NCBI GenBank assembly: GCA_964506175.1
Contig: CAZDMB010000005.1
Location: 1-29,218 of the forward strand
Length of the DNA: 29,218 nucleotides
Direction: 5' to 3'
Source of the DNA: an uncultured Planctomycetales bacterium
GTDB taxonomy: Bacteria; Planctomycetota; UBA1135
Below the pieces are notes generated by a model, which was not told the origin of the DNA, searched no databases, and saw only the letters and a program-made list of their open reading frames with translations. Positions 1 to 9,187 of this stretch are shown one piece after another. Positions within the stretch are counted from its first letter, which is position 1; the number at the start of each line of letters is the position of its first letter. Made by a program: the position numbers and the translations under genes.

Positions 1-1789
1 CGAAGGTCTCGGACTCGCCGCCCCGCAGAATGAATTCGTCGGTTTGGAAGCGTCCCTGCGTGTGGGAGGCGAGATTCGCCGCGTCCAAGGTTCCGTCGGC
101 GAGCAGGCGCTCGTTGTACTCGAGCGTGACGCGCGTGCCGCGGGGCCCGCGCGTGCGCAAGCGGGCCCAGCCGGACAGGTTGACGCCGAGGTCGAAGACG
201 AACACGCCGGGCTGCGGCTCGGTCATCGCCACCGGACGTATGGTCTGCGTGACGCGGATGGGCGGCTGGGCCGCCGCCACCAGGCGACCGCCGGGCGCCG
301 CGACGGCGCGAACCGGCTGCCAAGCGCTGGCGTCGAAACCCGGGAGGGTCCAGCCGGGTTGAGCGGCGCGCGCGTCGATCGTCTCGCCGCTGCGCACGCA
401 GTTGAACGTGATGTCGCCGGTGGAGCAGCGCCAGGTCGAGTCGGACACGAGGGTTTGCGCGCTTCCGTCCGCGTATTCGATGCGCAAGTGGAGCAGGAGG
501 CGCGGCGCCGCGGACCACGGCGCGCGCTCGAAGCCGAACAGATCCGGCGTCGCGAGGTTGAACCAGCCGCCGCCGAGCGTCACCCCGAGCGCGTTCCGGC
601 CCGGCCGGATGGCGTCGGCGACCTCGAAGCTGAGGTACTGCACGCGCCGCGCGTAGTCGGTGAACCCTGGGGCGAGCACTTGGTCGCCGATTTTTTCTCC
701 GTTGATGCGCAGTTCGGCATAGCCGAGTCCGGAGAACGAGATGGTGGCGCGCGCGATCCCCGGACGCGCCTCGAACTCGCGGCGCAGCAGCACCGCCGCG
801 TTCCCCGGGCCGGCGGCGCCGCCGGCGGCGGCGAGCATCTCTCCGTCCGTCAGGCGCGCAAGACTCCAATCGCTGCGCTCGATGGAGTCGGCGGCGCTCG
901 CGGGCGCGTGCAGGGCGAGGTTCTCGCCGGCCGCCACGACCTCGAGCTCCGCCAGCGCGAAGCAGAACGGGGCTGGTCCGCTGGCGCGGTTCCACAGCCG
1001 TGTGGCGGTCACGCGGACGTAGCGCGCCGTCGTGCCGCCGGCCGGGAACCTCGCCGGCGCGTCGCCCGGATTGGGGAAGTCCGACTGCGTGCAGTCGGCG
1101 AGCAGGACGGGCGCGGCGAAGGCCGGATCGTCGGCGGCCTCGATGCGGAAGCGCAACGGGAAGCCGAAACCGCGCACTTGCGCGAAGCCCAGCGGCGAGG
1201 GCGGATGAAGCACGACCTCGTCGAAGGCGCGCGCCCGGCCGAGGTCCACCTGTACCCACTTCACTTCACCCGCGGACGCGGCCTCGAGGGCGTGATAGCC
1301 GTGCACGAAGGTGGCGCCGGTCACGGCGGCGCGCTCGTCGGCGCCGATCCACTGCGCCTGCCAGTCGGCCTCCGCGAGCATGCCCATGGTCCAGCGCGCG
1401 GGGGCGCTCCAGGAAGAAGGCCGGTCGCGGGCGTCCCAGACGCGCACTTGCCAATGGCACCGCGCGAGGGAAGGCAGCGGGGCGCCGGCGTACTCGATTT
1501 GCGTGGATGCGCGCGAGAGAACCTTGCCTGAATCCCACAGATCGAAGCGCCCTTGCCGGAGTCCCTCCTCGCTGCTGGCGACGCCGATCTGGTAGGCGCT
1601 CTGCCGCGCGCCGCGGCGCTCCGACTCCAACCACCAACTGAGGCGCGGCTGCGGCGCATCGATGCCCTGCGGATCTTGCCGATATTCGCAGCGCAGGCGC
1701 GCCGGCGCGCAGTCGCCGAGGGCGCGCGCGCAACTCGCGCCCGCCAAGGCGAGCGCGAGCGCCAGCCACCGCAGCCGAGCGGAGCGCAT
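1..1789 (-). CDS. Alpha-L-rhamnosidase (GH78)-like secreted glycoside hydrolase with an inserted F5/8 type C (discoidin) domain; 3' end runs off the window
   Basis: Absent from the ORF track because there is no stop in the window. Manual translation from ATG 1789 gives MRSARLRWLALALALAGASC (signal peptide), then LRCEYRQDPQGIDAPQPRLSWWLES...QSAYQIGVAS (typical GH78 N-terminus), WVQVDLG...ARYVRV (discoidin-like), and QTDEFILRGGESETF at the window edge, still in frame. Confidence 0.85.
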   Translation of the reverse strand, partial: MRSARLRWLALALALAGASCARALGDCAPARLRCEYRQDPQGIDAPQPRLSWWLESERRGARQSAYQIGVASSEEGLRQGRFDLWDSGKVLSRASTQIEYAGAPLPSLARCHWQVRVWDARDRPSSWSAPARWTMGMLAEADWQAQWIGADERAAVTGATFVHGYHALEAASAGEVKWVQVDLGRARAFDEVVLHPPSPLGFAQVRGFGFPLRFRIEAADDPAFAAPVLLADCTQSDFPNPGDAPARFPAGGTTARYVRVTATRLWNRASGPAPFCFALAELEVVAAGENLALHAPASAADSIERSDWSLARLTDGEMLAAAGGAAGPGNAAVLLRREFEARPGIARATISFSGLGYAELRINGEKIGDQVLAPGFTDYARRVQYLSFEVADAIRPGRNALGVTLGGGWFNLATPDLFGFERAPWSAAPRLLLHLRIEYADGSAQTLVSDSTWRCSTGDITFNCVRSGETIDARAAQPGWTLPGFDASAWQPVRAVAAPGGRLVAAAQPPIRVTQTIRPVAMTEPQPGVFVFDLGVNLSGWARLRTRGPRGTRVTLEYNERLLADGTLDAANLASHTQGRFQTDEFILRGGESETF

Positions 1790-1829
1790 GCTGCGCGCAC
1801 GATAGCAGGCGGAGGCGAGCCGCGGCGCT

Positions 1830-2879
1830 TCAGCGGAAATCCGCCACCGGGCGCGGCCGCACGCCCAGCCGCGCGTAGTCGAAGCCGCTGTCGTGCGGCG
1901 CATAGCGGCCGACGACGTCCACGCGGGCGTCCGGACGGATTCGTTCCTCCAATCCCAGACACCAGTAGGCCGCGTTGATCGTCAGCCGGCGCAAGCCCGC
2001 GCTCAAGAAGTCGCTGGCGCTGCCCATCGTCACGTGGAACACGCGCGCGGTCCGGCCCCTCGATCCCGTCCAACTGGTGGTCCAGGCGACCGGCAGGGCG
2101 ATCAACTCGGGGTTCGGCGGATCGTCGTGACCGCGGCCGAGCAGGGGCTGGCCGTAGAGCAGCGCCGTGCATCGCTCCGGCAGGCTGCCGCCCTCCGGAT
2201 AGGTGCGATAGACGTCGCTCGTGCCCCAGACGTCCTCGACGCCGCGCAAGATCGGATGCTGCCGCTGCGCTTCGACCACCACGCCGCGCGTCGAGTCGCG
2301 GCTCCAGTTGCCATGGTGGCTCAAGAAGGCGCCGCCCAGCACGTCCTCGCCGAAGCGCACGCGCCGGCCATCGAGGTCGTAGGGAAAGTTCTCGAGGAAG
2401 CCGTGATTGGCCGTGCGGATGGCGAGAATCGGCTTGCCGGAGTCCACGTAGTCGACCACGTGCCGGATCTGCTCGTCGGGCAGGGTGATCAGGCGGCTGA
2501 AGAGGATCATCAAGTCCGCCCGGTCGAGTTGCTCGATCCCGGGAATGTCGTGCACGACCGTCTTGTCCTCCCAGCGGATCTTCTGGGTCGGATCCACCAG
2601 GCCGTCCCGGTTCTGCGCGAACAGCACCGTGCAGTCGAAGCCGTGCCGCTTGGCGAGGATCTTCGCCAGCATCGGCAACGCCTCCTCGCTGCGATATTCC
2701 TGGTCGGCGGCAATCAGCACGATGCGCTTGCCTTGGCCGGGACCCGCGCCTCCCGGATAGTGCAGCCAGCGCAACGCGGCAGGCGGAGGCGGCGCGCCTG
2801 CGGCGCAGCCGGCGGGCAGGCACAGCGGCGCGGCCAGGAGCCCGCACAGCCCCGCGCGCAGGAGGAGGCGAGCGTTCAC
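1830..2879 (-). CDS. ThuA-like (trehalose utilisation / class I glutamine amidotransferase-like fold) domain protein, exported
   Basis: C-terminal half of track ORF 1830..3968. Likely start is GTG 2879, overlapping the upstream stop (GTGA). Hydrophobic N-terminus, then KRIVLIAADQEYRSEEALPMLAKILAKRHGFDCTVLF, GKPILAIRTANHGF and RVFHVTMG, as in planctomycete ThuA-domain proteins. Confidence 0.8.
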   Translation of the reverse strand: MNARLLLRAGLCGLLAAPLCLPAGCAAGAPPPPAALRWLHYPGGAGPGQGKRIVLIAADQEYRSEEALPMLAKILAKRHGFDCTVLFAQNRDGLVDPTQKIRWEDKTVVHDIPGIEQLDRADLMILFSRLITLPDEQIRHVVDYVDSGKPILAIRTANHGFLENFPYDLDGRRVRFGEDVLGGAFLSHHGNWSRDSTRGVVVEAQRQHPILRGVEDVWGTSDVYRTYPEGGSLPERCTALLYGQPLLGRGHDDPPNPELIALPVAWTTSWTGSRGRTARVFHVTMGSASDFLSAGLRRLTINAAYWCLGLEERIRPDARVDVVGRYAPHDSGFDYARLGVRPRPVADFR

Positions 2880-4418
2880 TTGGGAATGCGGTTGACCGTG
2901 TAGTAGGCCTTGGTGTGCAGGAGGCTTGCGCCGGTCTCCGCGCGCAGGCCGTCGAGATCGAAGGCGTGCACGTGTCCGGCCACCATGCCATCGACGAACA
3001 GACGCACGCGCCGCCCGTCCGCCGACGGCTCGGCGCGCAGCACTCGCGCGGTGGTCTGATCCACTTCGGGGCTGCCGTAGTACTCCTGATAGACGTGGGT
3101 GAAGGTCTCGATGCGGTAATTGGCCGCGGTCGCCGCGCTGTCGTGCGCGACCGGCAGCGTGAAAGTCAGGAGGAAGCCGTCCGGTCGAATGACGATGCGC
3201 TCGATCTCGAACGGCGTCTTGCCCGTCCACTCGAGGCGCTCGAGGATGTGCCGGCGGTTGCCGCGCACCGGCCAGCCGCGATTGGTGCCGCCGGTCATGA
3301 GGTATCCCTGCGGCGAAAACTCCACGGACAAGATCCCTTGACCGAGGCCCTCGCGGAAGGGGTAGCAGGCGCCCTGCCACACCCCGTCCACCAGCTCGGT
3401 GGTGGCGCGCATCACCAGGCTCAGCGAGTAGTCGCCCAGGAACAACTGGCCGGCGAACGGCCCGAATCGGCCCTCGCTCGGATCGACGCGGAACGTCGTG
3501 ATGGACTGCCCCATCTTGCGATAGGGAAACACCACCGCGTAAGGCACCAACTGCTCGATGCGCTCGCATTCCGTCGCCAAGCGCGAGAGATTCTGCGGTT
3601 CGAGCGGCCTTTCTCCCATGCCTGCGGCCAAGGGCAGATCGTAGGCCGGAAAACTGGCGGGATGGCCCATGAAGCCGCCGCGACGCAGATGCTTCAGCGA
3701 GCAGGAGCCGTTCCACGGGCCTTGGCTCTCGGCGTAGAACATTTCGCCGGCCTCGTTCGGGGCCACGCCGCCGGCGCTGCGGATGCCGCTGGCGATCGGC
3801 AGCGAGCGGCCATCCGGAGTGACCTGGAACGCCCAGCCGCGAAATGGCGCCTTGTAGTTGTAGGACTCCGAGAGGCCCAGCACGACGTAGACGCTGCCGT
3901 CCGGAAGCACCGGCGAACCCCAGGCGAACTCGTGGTAGTGCTCGAAGCCCCAGCCTCCGCTTTCCCAAAAGATCTCTCTGGCGCGAGAATGTCCGCGCCC
4001 GGCGTCAGGTCATGCGTTGCTTTTCTGGTGGCTGAGACCGGGTCTCTTAAATCATTCGCGCCGTCGCGGTGTCGCCATCGCGGTCGGTGATGCGCGTCAA
4101 CTCGGTCTGCTGCGTGGCGTAGAAGGCGCCGTCGCGCCAGCCGAGCCCGAGCACCTCGTCGAGTCCGCTGGCGAAGCGCTGCACGCGCGGCTGCGGAATC
4201 TCGTCGAAGGCGCCGGTCACCAGCAGAATTTCACCGCGACGCGTGCCGATGGCGAGCCGGCCGTCCGGCAGCGCGCACATGCTGCCGGCCTCGAGCGCAA
4301 GCGCCGGATCGAAGGGCAACTCGACGATGCGGTAGTACTCCTCCTCGGCGCGCTCCGTGCCCCAGAAATCGCCCAGTTCCTGGACGGCCAATGCAGCCAA
4401 GGTGACGAGCATCATCAT
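2876..4418 (-). pseudogene. Planctomycete secreted beta-propeller protein (PVC-type membrane-bound dehydrogenase-like), interrupted at about 3959-4070
   Basis: The N-part starts at ATG 4418 (MMMLVTLAALAVQE...LTRITDRDGD) and ends at TAA 4047. The C-part (SGGWGFEHYHEFAWGSP...YAESQGPW...YYTVNRIPK) is in a different frame, open from 4009 to 2876. The two halves read as one protein family. The break may be a sequencing artefact rather than a true pseudogene. Confidence 0.7.
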
Positions 4419-6781
4419 CGGCCTTCCTCCCGCCACGCATATTCGACGGTCAATTCGCCGCGCCCGCCGCGGATGACGACGTCCACCAGCAGTTCGCTTT
4501 GCCCGCCGACCGGGCGAATGCGGAACGAACCCGGCGGCAGCCGCAGCAGCAGCGCATCGCCGACCCGGACCGCGCTCGCGCCGTCCTGAACGATGCGCTC
4601 CGCGAGGGCGGCGCGAAACTGCAGGGTCTGGTCCGCTGGGGCCGTCAGCGTGAGGGTGCGGCGCAGGAGCGGCCGTCCGCCCGGCGCCGCATCCGGGTCG
4701 GGCGCGGCGATCGGCGCGTCGGCGATGGCCACCTCGCCGCAGGTATAGCGAAACACCGGCCGTTGTTCGGCGTCGAGGTCGTAGCCGCGAAACTGCTGCC
4801 CGAGTTCGCGGCGCGAGGCCGCCGGCCACGGCGCGTCGGCAGCGGCCAGGACGGCAAAGCAAGGTCCGCTCGGCAGCGCGGCGCGCTCCGCGCCGAGAAT
4901 GCGCGCTTCGCCGCTGCCCTGCTCTGTCCACACGGAAGAAGCGTCGAGGAATCGGCCCCACCAGATCTGATTCATGCCCAGTCGCTCGGCGTCGAAGCTG
5001 AGATTGACGCCGCCGGGAAAGCCGACGCTGATCCCGCGCTTGCCGGTGTGCTGCACGCTGCGGCGCAAGATCACGGTTTCATCGCCCACCACCAGTTCGA
5101 GCGGCGGCCGGCGCATGCCCTGCGGCTTGCCGACGTTGCGGCCCGCGGCCAGGTAATGCCAGAGGGCGCTGATCTGCAGCGCGCCGTCGCCGCCGCCGAG
5201 TTCGGGACGCACGGTCTGGCCGCCGGGAAAGAACTGGGGCATCAGGGTGCCGGGTTTGAACTCCAGCGGCGCGCGCAGGAAGCGCGCGAACCACTCCGGT
5301 CGCAGGCGCCGTCCGGTGGAGTCCACCAAGTCCACGGCAGCCATGCCGCCCGCCGTCTCGCCGGCGAAGCTGTGGCACGAGATGCAGGCCATGCCCTTCT
5401 CGCCGGCGAGCTCGCGGCCGAGGTCGGTCATCGCGCGCGCCGCGTCCCCGTCTTCGGGCAGGGCTGCGACGGCCGCGGTCAGCGGCGGATCCGCCGCCTC
5501 CAGGCGGACAGCCAGCGCCGCCGCCAAGGCGTCCCCGAAGCCGGGCATGCGCGTGCGCAGATAGGGGCGCACGGACTGGCCATGGGCGATGGCATCCACC
5601 AGCCAATCGTGTTGCAACTTGGCGCCGACGCCCGTCAGCGGCGGCGGTTCGCGCCCTTCCGGCCCGAGATTGGGATCCGCGCCCGTGAACGAGGCGCCGC
5701 GCTCGGGCGCGATGCCGCCGAGATCGCCGCGCGCATGGCAGGCGACGCAATTGCGCGCCACGAGCAGTTGCCGCACGCTCTGCTCGCCGTCGAGCGTCGT
5801 GCCGAGCGCGGCCAGAGCGGCGCGGATGTCGGCGCGTTGCTCGGAGGACAGCGCGTAATCGGGCCACCTGCCGGGAGCGCCGGACAGACAGCCGCGGCCA
5901 GGGTTGAGGCTGGCCAACGGCGTCTGGGCGCGCGGCGGCGCGCGTTCCGCCGCGGGCACGGAGTGGCAGGCGGCGCATCCGAGTTCATGGAAGAGCGCGC
6001 GGCCCTGCGCCGCCGCGTCGGCGGTTTCCGCGGCGGCAGCCATGCCAGCCGCGGCGATGGGCGCGGCCGGCGATGCGATCAGATAGTGACTGAGATCGCG
6101 GGCTTCGCTCGGCGCCAGATGCAGGTCCGGCATGCGTCCCGCCGGCCGCGCCGCGAGCGGCGCGAGCAGGAAGGCGGCGAGGCTCGTCCGGGTGTACTTC
6201 TCCGCCAGCGGCGCGAGCGGCGCGCTGCCGGCGAGCGGCAGCTCCGCGCCGGAGGCGTCGCGGGGAGCATGGCAGGCCGCGCAACCGGACTCGTGGAACA
6301 GGGTGCGGCCCCGCGCTGCGGACTCCGGATCCTCCGCGTCAGGCGCGTCGCTCGCGAAGGCGGGCGGCGGCGGACCGAACGAAAGCAAGTAGGCGACCAG
6401 GGCGTCGGCGGCGGCGCTCCGCTCCTTTTCGCTCCGCGCGCCAAGCACGTCCGGCATGGTCGTGCCCGGCTCGACGCCGCGCGGGTCGGCGAGGAAGCGG
6501 CGCAGGTACGCGGGCTGCACCCGGCCGCCGACGGTCGCCAACTCCGGGCCGCGATGCGCATCCGCCTGCGGCTGTGTTGGCGCCTGCGCGTGACAGTTCA
6601 CGCAGCCGAGCTCACCCAGCAGAACGAGTCCGCGCGTGCGCGCCTCCAGACCCGTGCGCGCGAGCCCGGCGACGACGGGCGGCGCCGCGACGCGCTCCGG
6701 CGCGGCTTCGGAACAGGCGAGCAGCAGGGCGAGAACCGTCCCCCATGCTCCACAGGCGACGAGCGCCAGCCGATGGGACAT
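4415..6781 (-). CDS. Multihaem (5 CxxCH) cytochrome c, planctomycete type, exported
   Basis: 788 aa ORF with CVNCH, CAACH, CAACH, CVACH and CISCH, each followed by PGTxMP/GRMP/RMP distal-Met-type motifs; N-terminal signal or lipoprotein-like segment (LLLACS); stop overlaps the next start (ATGA). Confidence 0.85.
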   Translation of the reverse strand: MSHRLALVACGAWGTVLALLLACSEAAPERVAAPPVVAGLARTGLEARTRGLVLLGELGCVNCHAQAPTQPQADAHRGPELATVGGRVQPAYLRRFLADPRGVEPGTTMPDVLGARSEKERSAAADALVAYLLSFGPPPPAFASDAPDAEDPESAARGRTLFHESGCAACHAPRDASGAELPLAGSAPLAPLAEKYTRTSLAAFLLAPLAARPAGRMPDLHLAPSEARDLSHYLIASPAAPIAAAGMAAAAETADAAAQGRALFHELGCAACHSVPAAERAPPRAQTPLASLNPGRGCLSGAPGRWPDYALSSEQRADIRAALAALGTTLDGEQSVRQLLVARNCVACHARGDLGGIAPERGASFTGADPNLGPEGREPPPLTGVGAKLQHDWLVDAIAHGQSVRPYLRTRMPGFGDALAAALAVRLEAADPPLTAAVAALPEDGDAARAMTDLGRELAGEKGMACISCHSFAGETAGGMAAVDLVDSTGRRLRPEWFARFLRAPLEFKPGTLMPQFFPGGQTVRPELGGGDGALQISALWHYLAAGRNVGKPQGMRRPPLELVVGDETVILRRSVQHTGKRGISVGFPGGVNLSFDAERLGMNQIWWGRFLDASSVWTEQGSGEARILGAERAALPSGPCFAVLAAADAPWPAASRRELGQQFRGYDLDAEQRPVFRYTCGEVAIADAPIAAPDPDAAPGGRPLLRRTLTLTAPADQTLQFRAALAERIVQDGASAVRVGDALLLRLPPGSFRIRPVGGQSELLVDVVIRGGRGELTVEYAWREEGR

Positions 6782-6789
6782 CCCGCGCT

Positions 6790-6795
6790 ACAGTA
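6790..6795 (-). promoter_or_regulatory. Putative sigma70 -10 box (TACTGT) 8 nt before ATG 6781
   Basis: TAnnnT in a 24-nt GC-rich intergenic gap; the same geometry recurs at six other genes in the window. Confidence 0.5.
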
Positions 6796-6805
6796 GCCGC
6801 GCGCG

Positions 6806-7168
6806 CTACCGATCCGGGCGCGGCGCGAAGGCCGTCAGCCGCCCGGCCTCCGCCGCAAGGTGCCGGCAGATCAGCGCGCACAACTCTTTCGGCGTGGCGT
6901 CGGCGAGGGAATAAATGGCCGTGGTGCCCGCTTGGCGCCGGGTCACGAAACCCTGCGCCGCGAGCGCGGCCAGGTGCCTGCTCGCGCTGGAATGCGCGAG
7001 TCCGGCGGCGGCGGCCAGGCTCTGGACGCTGGCCTCGCGCTCGCACAGCGTTTGCAGCAGCAACAGGCGTTTCGGATCCGCGAGCGCCGCGAAGCGTTCC
7101 GCCACGCGCGCCAGCAACTCCGGCGCCAACGCCTTGCCGGGAATCAGTCCGTGGGAGGCGGGCTTCAT
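6806..7168 (-). CDS. ArsR/SmtB family transcriptional repressor
   Basis: 120 aa with FAALADPKRLLLLQTL, a winged HTH (SVQSLAAAAGLAHSSASRHLAALAAQGFV-TRRQAGTTAIYSL) and a C-terminal LCALIC; last gene of the sulfur operon. Confidence 0.92.
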   Translation of the reverse strand: MKPASHGLIPGKALAPELLARVAERFAALADPKRLLLLQTLCEREASVQSLAAAAGLAHSSASRHLAALAAQGFVTRRQAGTTAIYSLADATPKELCALICRHLAAEAGRLTAFAPRPDR

Positions 7169-7172
7169 GGTT

Positions 7173-8591
7173 TCACGCTCCCATCGCTGCGGGGAGCGTG
7201 GCCTCGGCAGCCCACTCCTGCCAAGAGCCGTCCCACCAACGGGCGCCTTCGATGCCGAGCAACCATCGCAGGGTGAACCAGGTCAAGGCCGCCTGATGAC
7301 CCGTGCGGCAGCCCACGATCACCTGGGACTGCGAACCGATGCCGAGCGCTCCGTAAGCGGCGCGCAGCGAGGGCTCCGCCTTCCAGGCTCCGCCGTCCAG
7401 GTCGAGCGCCATCGGACGATTGAGCGCGCCAGGCACGTGGCCCGGCCGCGCCTCCGTCGATTTCTCCCCGCGGAACTGCTCCTCGGGCCGGACGTCCAGC
7501 AGGATGGCCGCGTGCGCCTGGGAGGCGCGCGCCACTGCGTCGAGGTCGGCGAGGAAGGAGTCGTCGACGCGGGTGAGCGGATAGGGCGCGAGGGCGGGAG
7601 GATCCGGCTCCGCTGCGCCGGTGGCGAGCGGTCGGCCCTCGGCGCGCCAGCGGACGATGCCGCCGTCGAGGAGCGCGAGCCGCCGATGGCCGAGGCGGAA
7701 GAGTCCCATCAGGGCATGCGCCGCATCTTGCTGCCGCTCGTCCGCGTAGGCGACGACCTCGGTCTCCGGTCCGATCCCGAGCGCGGCGTAAATCGCGGCG
7801 AGTTCCGCCGGATCGCGCAGTTCGTCCACGGCATGCTCGCCGCCGCGGTTGAGGCGCAAGGCCGCGGGCGGCAAGGAGCGCGCGCCCGGAAGGTGCCCGG
7901 CGGCGAAGTCTTCCGCCTTGCTCCGGCCGTCGAGAAGGACGACACGCGCGTAGTTGCGCGCCAGCCAGGCCGTGGTGACGACCGTCGGCGCGGCCAGGCG
8001 CGCGGGCTCCGTGGCGAACGGACCCGCCGGCGCGGTGGCCTCCCCCGCCACCAGGCGCCGCAGTTCATGATTGCGCACGGCGTCGGCCGGCGCCGGCGTC
8101 AAGCCAGTCGGAGGGCGCAGGGAGGCGGGCATCAGCACGCGCGTCGTGAAGCCTGCAAGGCCGTCCTCGAGCACGCGGACGCCTTGGGCGCGGCCCTGCG
8201 CCGCAAGCGCCATCCACGCCTGGGCGGCGTGCGTCATGCCGCGCGACACGAGCACGATCTCCTGGCCTTCGGCGCGCGCCGCCGCCAACTGCGCCAGCCC
8301 CGCCGGCGCGAGCAAGGCGTCGAGCGTGAGATTCACTGCGCCGGGCAGGCGCAGACGGGCGAACTCCTCGGCAGTCTGCAGGTCGAAGACGCGCGCGCGC
8401 CCGGATAGCAGCAGGTCGGCGAATTCCTCGGCGCCGACGTGATCGGCGCCCTGCTCGACGGCCGCGGCCGCCGCGTCGGCGCCGTCCGCTTGCGCCGCCG
8501 CTCCCGGTCCTCCGCTCAGCGCCAGACTCAGAATGAGAGCAAGCCCCACCGCGAGAGCGGCGGCGGCTTGGGTGAGGCGTCGTGTGTTCAT
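7173..8591 (-). CDS. Three-domain rhodanese / thiosulfate or mercaptopyruvate sulfurtransferase with an N-terminal signal or anchor
   Basis: Domain 1 lacks the catalytic Cys (IVLVSRG). Domains 2 and 3 form a TST/SseA-like pair (GHLPGA, LDGG, GHVPGA, DGSWQEW) with the active loop CRTGHQA. Hydrophobic N-terminus ends AAA-Q. Confidence 0.88.
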   Translation of the reverse strand: MNTRRLTQAAAALAVGLALILSLALSGGPGAAAQADGADAAAAAVEQGADHVGAEEFADLLLSGRARVFDLQTAEEFARLRLPGAVNLTLDALLAPAGLAQLAAARAEGQEIVLVSRGMTHAAQAWMALAAQGRAQGVRVLEDGLAGFTTRVLMPASLRPPTGLTPAPADAVRNHELRRLVAGEATAPAGPFATEPARLAAPTVVTTAWLARNYARVVLLDGRSKAEDFAAGHLPGARSLPPAALRLNRGGEHAVDELRDPAELAAIYAALGIGPETEVVAYADERQQDAAHALMGLFRLGHRRLALLDGGIVRWRAEGRPLATGAAEPDPPALAPYPLTRVDDSFLADLDAVARASQAHAAILLDVRPEEQFRGEKSTEARPGHVPGALNRPMALDLDGGAWKAEPSLRAAYGALGIGSQSQVIVGCRTGHQAALTWFTLRWLLGIEGARWWDGSWQEWAAEATLPAAMGA

Positions 8592-8592
8592 G

Positions 8593-9180
8593 TCAGAGGG
8601 CGGCCGGGCCGCGGCGGCGCATCCACGCGCCGATCATGGTGAAAGAAATCACCGCCATCGCGACCACCGCGAGCGGCAGGATGAAAGCGGGCACGCCGAG
8701 CGCGCCCTCCAAGGTTTGCACGCCGGCGGCGCCGAGGGTGAGCGGCGCCTCCAGCGCGGGCCAGGCAAAGGCGAAGGCCACGCTGCCGCCGGCGGCGCCG
8801 GCGAGGAACAGCAGCGCGTCGCCTTTGCCGCTGGCGGCGCCGACCAGGGCGGTGCCGGGGCACCAGCCGCCGATCACGAAGCCGGCGCCGAACAGCAGGC
8901 CGCCGGCAATCTGCGCCACAGGCAGCGTCTCCATGCGATGCAGGGAGGTGATCTGTGCCACGCCCAATGCGTCCAGCAACTGCAGGCCGAGCATCGCCGT
9001 GACGACGGCGGTGAACATCACTTGGTAGACCGCGAAGTCCTTGAGGTAGAAGATCGCGGTCAGCTTGCGGCTGGAGCCGAATCCTGCGCGCTCGAGCGCG
9101 AAGCCGAAGCCGATGCCGACCAGGCCGGCGGCGAGAAGCGCCGCGGGCGTGCCGAGGAGATCGTGGGCGTAGAAGTTCAT
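8593..9180 (-). CDS. YeeE/YedE (thiosulfate/sulfur transporter) family membrane protein, second half
   Basis: GIGFGFALERAGF and GFVIGGWCPGT motifs; multiple hydrophobic helices. Confidence 0.9.
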   Translation of the reverse strand: MNFYAHDLLGTPAALLAAGLVGIGFGFALERAGFGSSRKLTAIFYLKDFAVYQVMFTAVVTAMLGLQLLDALGVAQITSLHRMETLPVAQIAGGLLFGAGFVIGGWCPGTALVGAASGKGDALLFLAGAAGGSVAFAFAWPALEAPLTLGAAGVQTLEGALGVPAFILPLAVVAMAVISFTMIGAWMRRRGPAAL

Positions 9181-9187
9181 GGGAGCA

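Noticed and set aside
44-1531. 495-aa plus-strand ORF and the other long antisense ORFs (1321..2991, 4499..6796, 9817..12174, 14843..16393, 16503..18308, 16565..19006, 18408..21044, 21071..22582, 23486..25882, 27971..29068)
   Set aside because: Shadow ORFs expected at this GC content. They are R/A/G/P-rich, have no motifs and lie opposite or overlapping well-supported genes.
2880-3968. N-terminal extension of the 712-aa ORF 1830..3968
   Set aside because: It overlaps the beta-propeller frame; recognisable protein begins only at GTG 2879.
4034-4046. Paired BsaI-like sites (GAGACC-G-GGTCTC) as a sign of synthetic cloning
   Set aside because: A single 13-nt palindrome with no other vector or linker features; it can arise by chance or by consensus garbling.
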